DNA of 64,000 bases, from NCBI GenBank assembly GCA_012026655.1, contig JAAILG010001023.1, positions 1 to 64,000 on the forward strand, written 5' to 3'. The notes under the pieces were generated by a model, which worked only from the letters and a program-made list of their open reading frames with translations, did not search any database and was not told the DNA's origin. A program made the position numbers and the translations under genes. The first letter of the stretch is position 1; each line of letters opens with the position of its first letter. Origin of the DNA: Hydrolagus affinis (lineage: Eukaryota). This document shows positions 62,234 through 64,000 of the stretch, in pieces.

Positions 62234-62373
62234 TTAATGGGATTCCTTAATAAGGAATCTGAGTTGCTCAAATGTGAAATCCTTTCTGTAACCGGATGCA
62301 TGCCCCACTGACCTGTGCGTTCGTAGACAATGTGCCAGAGTTAGTCTTCACGCCTTATTAAAGAATCCAGTAA
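62234..62373. mobile_element. Foldback/MITE-like element, copy 1
   Basis: Left TTAATGGGATTCCTTAATAAGG versus reverse complement of right end TTACTGGATTCTTTAATAAGG; 140 bp. Confidence 0.55.
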
Positions 62374-63612
62374 CAAAAATATTGAACAGTTGCAAATGAG
62401 ATACCATTGTCCTTCAAGTGTCTTGCAAATGACCACCAATATCCAGACATAGATCGGGTTAGAATTACACTTTTTTTATATAGCTGGCCACTATTACACC
62501 AAATTTATTATTATTTCGGAGCTCCAATTTGAAGTGATGCAGAATGAGAAGTTTCAATTAGGCTCCCAGTACTGCCCATTGCTGTACCGTAGAGAGGATA
62601 GAGCACAACATTGACAAGATTGCTTAAATAGTACACAAGTATTGATGTGATCGCCCACATGATTTTAAAAAACTAACAGTTCAACTGATCCTGGAGGCCT
62701 AAGTACTTGATTTGAAAAAAGCACAGGATCCTACCCACTCTGCTAAATGCAAGCTGGAGTCACTAAGGCCAAGTCTGAAGGGAATATGTTTTCTGCAGGT
62801 CCTTCAAAAATGTAAAGGGAAGGCCATGAGTTCAACTGATTACACTGACTAGAGGGAATAACATTTTTTCTCATCCCTAGTGTAGATTAACTAGCTTGAG
62901 AGAAATGTGTTCCCTCTTCTCTGACCTAACATCAGCCAGACCTGCGAGCTGAACTCTTCCTAAGGACCGGAGAGAATTATGTTGTACTCTCTACCTGTGT
63001 TATTTTTATTTATAATACAAGTTGAATACACACTTTCTGCTCCGAATAACAATAACATCGTAAAATTCTGCTGTAAATGCTTTTGTTGCAAATATGTATT
63101 AATACAAAGTGCAGTAGACTGTGGCTTTTCATACTGAACCATTTTACATTGGAAAGCGAGCATGAAACCTAAATTAATGTTGAACGCACACAGATATAGG
63201 GGAAAACTGAAGATCATTCGTAAATGGTTGATATATAAGGTTGCAAACCGGTGAAGGATCACAAATATAATGAGCTTGGTTTATGACTTACTCAAACCCC
63301 CTTGAATGGAATCTCTGTTACTCACGGAGTCTCCATCTTCATGTATGTAAATGCTGTTAACTAGTTGCTAAGTGAAGCATGCAACCTATCTGACACTAAC
63401 CTATCTGTAAGATGAAGATTTCTTAGAGAAAATAAGCATTACGAGGATGTGAATACAGATTGTGCAAATCCCTCAGGAGTGGTTATGAGCAAGTACTCAC
63501 AAGAAATATTATTTTAATTTACTTATATCCAGCATCTGAAGTATCAGGTGAAACCCAATGAGATCTAAATTTAAAAAAATATTATAATAGAGCTTAATTT
63601 GGAGGAATTTCA

Positions 63613-63760
63613 TAATAGGATTCCTTAATTGGAATTATTTTTAGTCCACCCACCCAAATTCTATGTCAACATAATCTGCTTCTGCTGTTGGTTTCCTGCA
63701 GGTTAACAGGAATTCGAATGGGATTTCTAACTGAGTATTCCATATTAAGGAATCCCATTA
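63613..63760. mobile_element. Foldback/MITE-like element, copy 2
   Basis: TAATAGGATTCCTTAAT...ATTAAGGAATCCCATTA (16/17 inverted), with imperfect pairing extending about 55-60 nt inward; 148 bp. Confidence 0.6.
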
Positions 63761-63857
63761 AAAAAAAAGAAAATCAGACTGCAGCAATAAGAAGTTGGAG
63801 TCAAGGAAAATATGAAAATAAATCAATGTATTTAAGAGCAAATTTTCTATGTCTACA

Positions 63858-63972
63858 TGAAATGAAGGGAATAGAGGGGAATGGGAGAGGTAGAGGTACG
63901 AATGGAGTATAATCACTGTCACAGAGGAGTTGGACAGAGTGGCCTGTTTCTGTGCCAATGTAAAGCTGTGTA
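63858..63972 (+). mobile_element. Decayed CR1-type 3'UTR
   Basis: GGGAATAGAGGGGAATGGG...TTGGACAGAGTGGCCTGTTTCTGTGC resembles shark CR1 3' termini (recalled). Confidence 0.45.
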
Positions 63973-64000
63973 AACTACCTGTCTCACAAACCTGCCTTGT

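Noticed and set aside
1-64000. CRISPR arrays, operons, prophage or other prokaryotic systems
   Set aside because: Vertebrate sequence; the recurring ~300-bp units are dispersed SINEs in both orientations, not regularly spaced repeat-spacer arrays.

Overview
This is AT-rich (roughly 40% GC), CpG-depleted, repeat-rich vertebrate genomic DNA with one assembly gap (N, 16879-17033). The repeat inventory points to a cartilaginous fish, most likely a chimaera such as the elephant shark Callorhinchus milii (inference from recalled repeat families). It holds about 22 copies of a young tRNA-derived SINE with a (TTA)n tail, several older Deu-domain-type SINEs, L2 LINE 3' ends with (GTT)n tails, decayed CR1 fragments, small hAT/MITE elements and a Penelope-type hammerhead remnant. 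I cannot support any protein-coding gene. The supplied ORFs are short, often begin at GTG/TTG, and the only ones with recognisable protein similarity are frameshifted L2 ORF2 C-termini. The window reads as a very long intron or intergenic region, and the best splice signals I noticed lie on the + strand. The main leads are: a candidate recursive splice site (CAG|GTAAGA at 2310/2311); candidate alternative promoters and 5' or cassette exons near 19.6-20.7 kb and 24.2-24.9 kb; a degenerate hammerhead ribozyme at 5182-5218 (-); a small ~145-bp foldback element family (62234-62373, 63613-63760); a SINE with a swapped central domain (3521-3792); and nested or inverted SINE clusters. No new biological system is demonstrated; these leads need RNA-seq, alignment or repeat-library checks.
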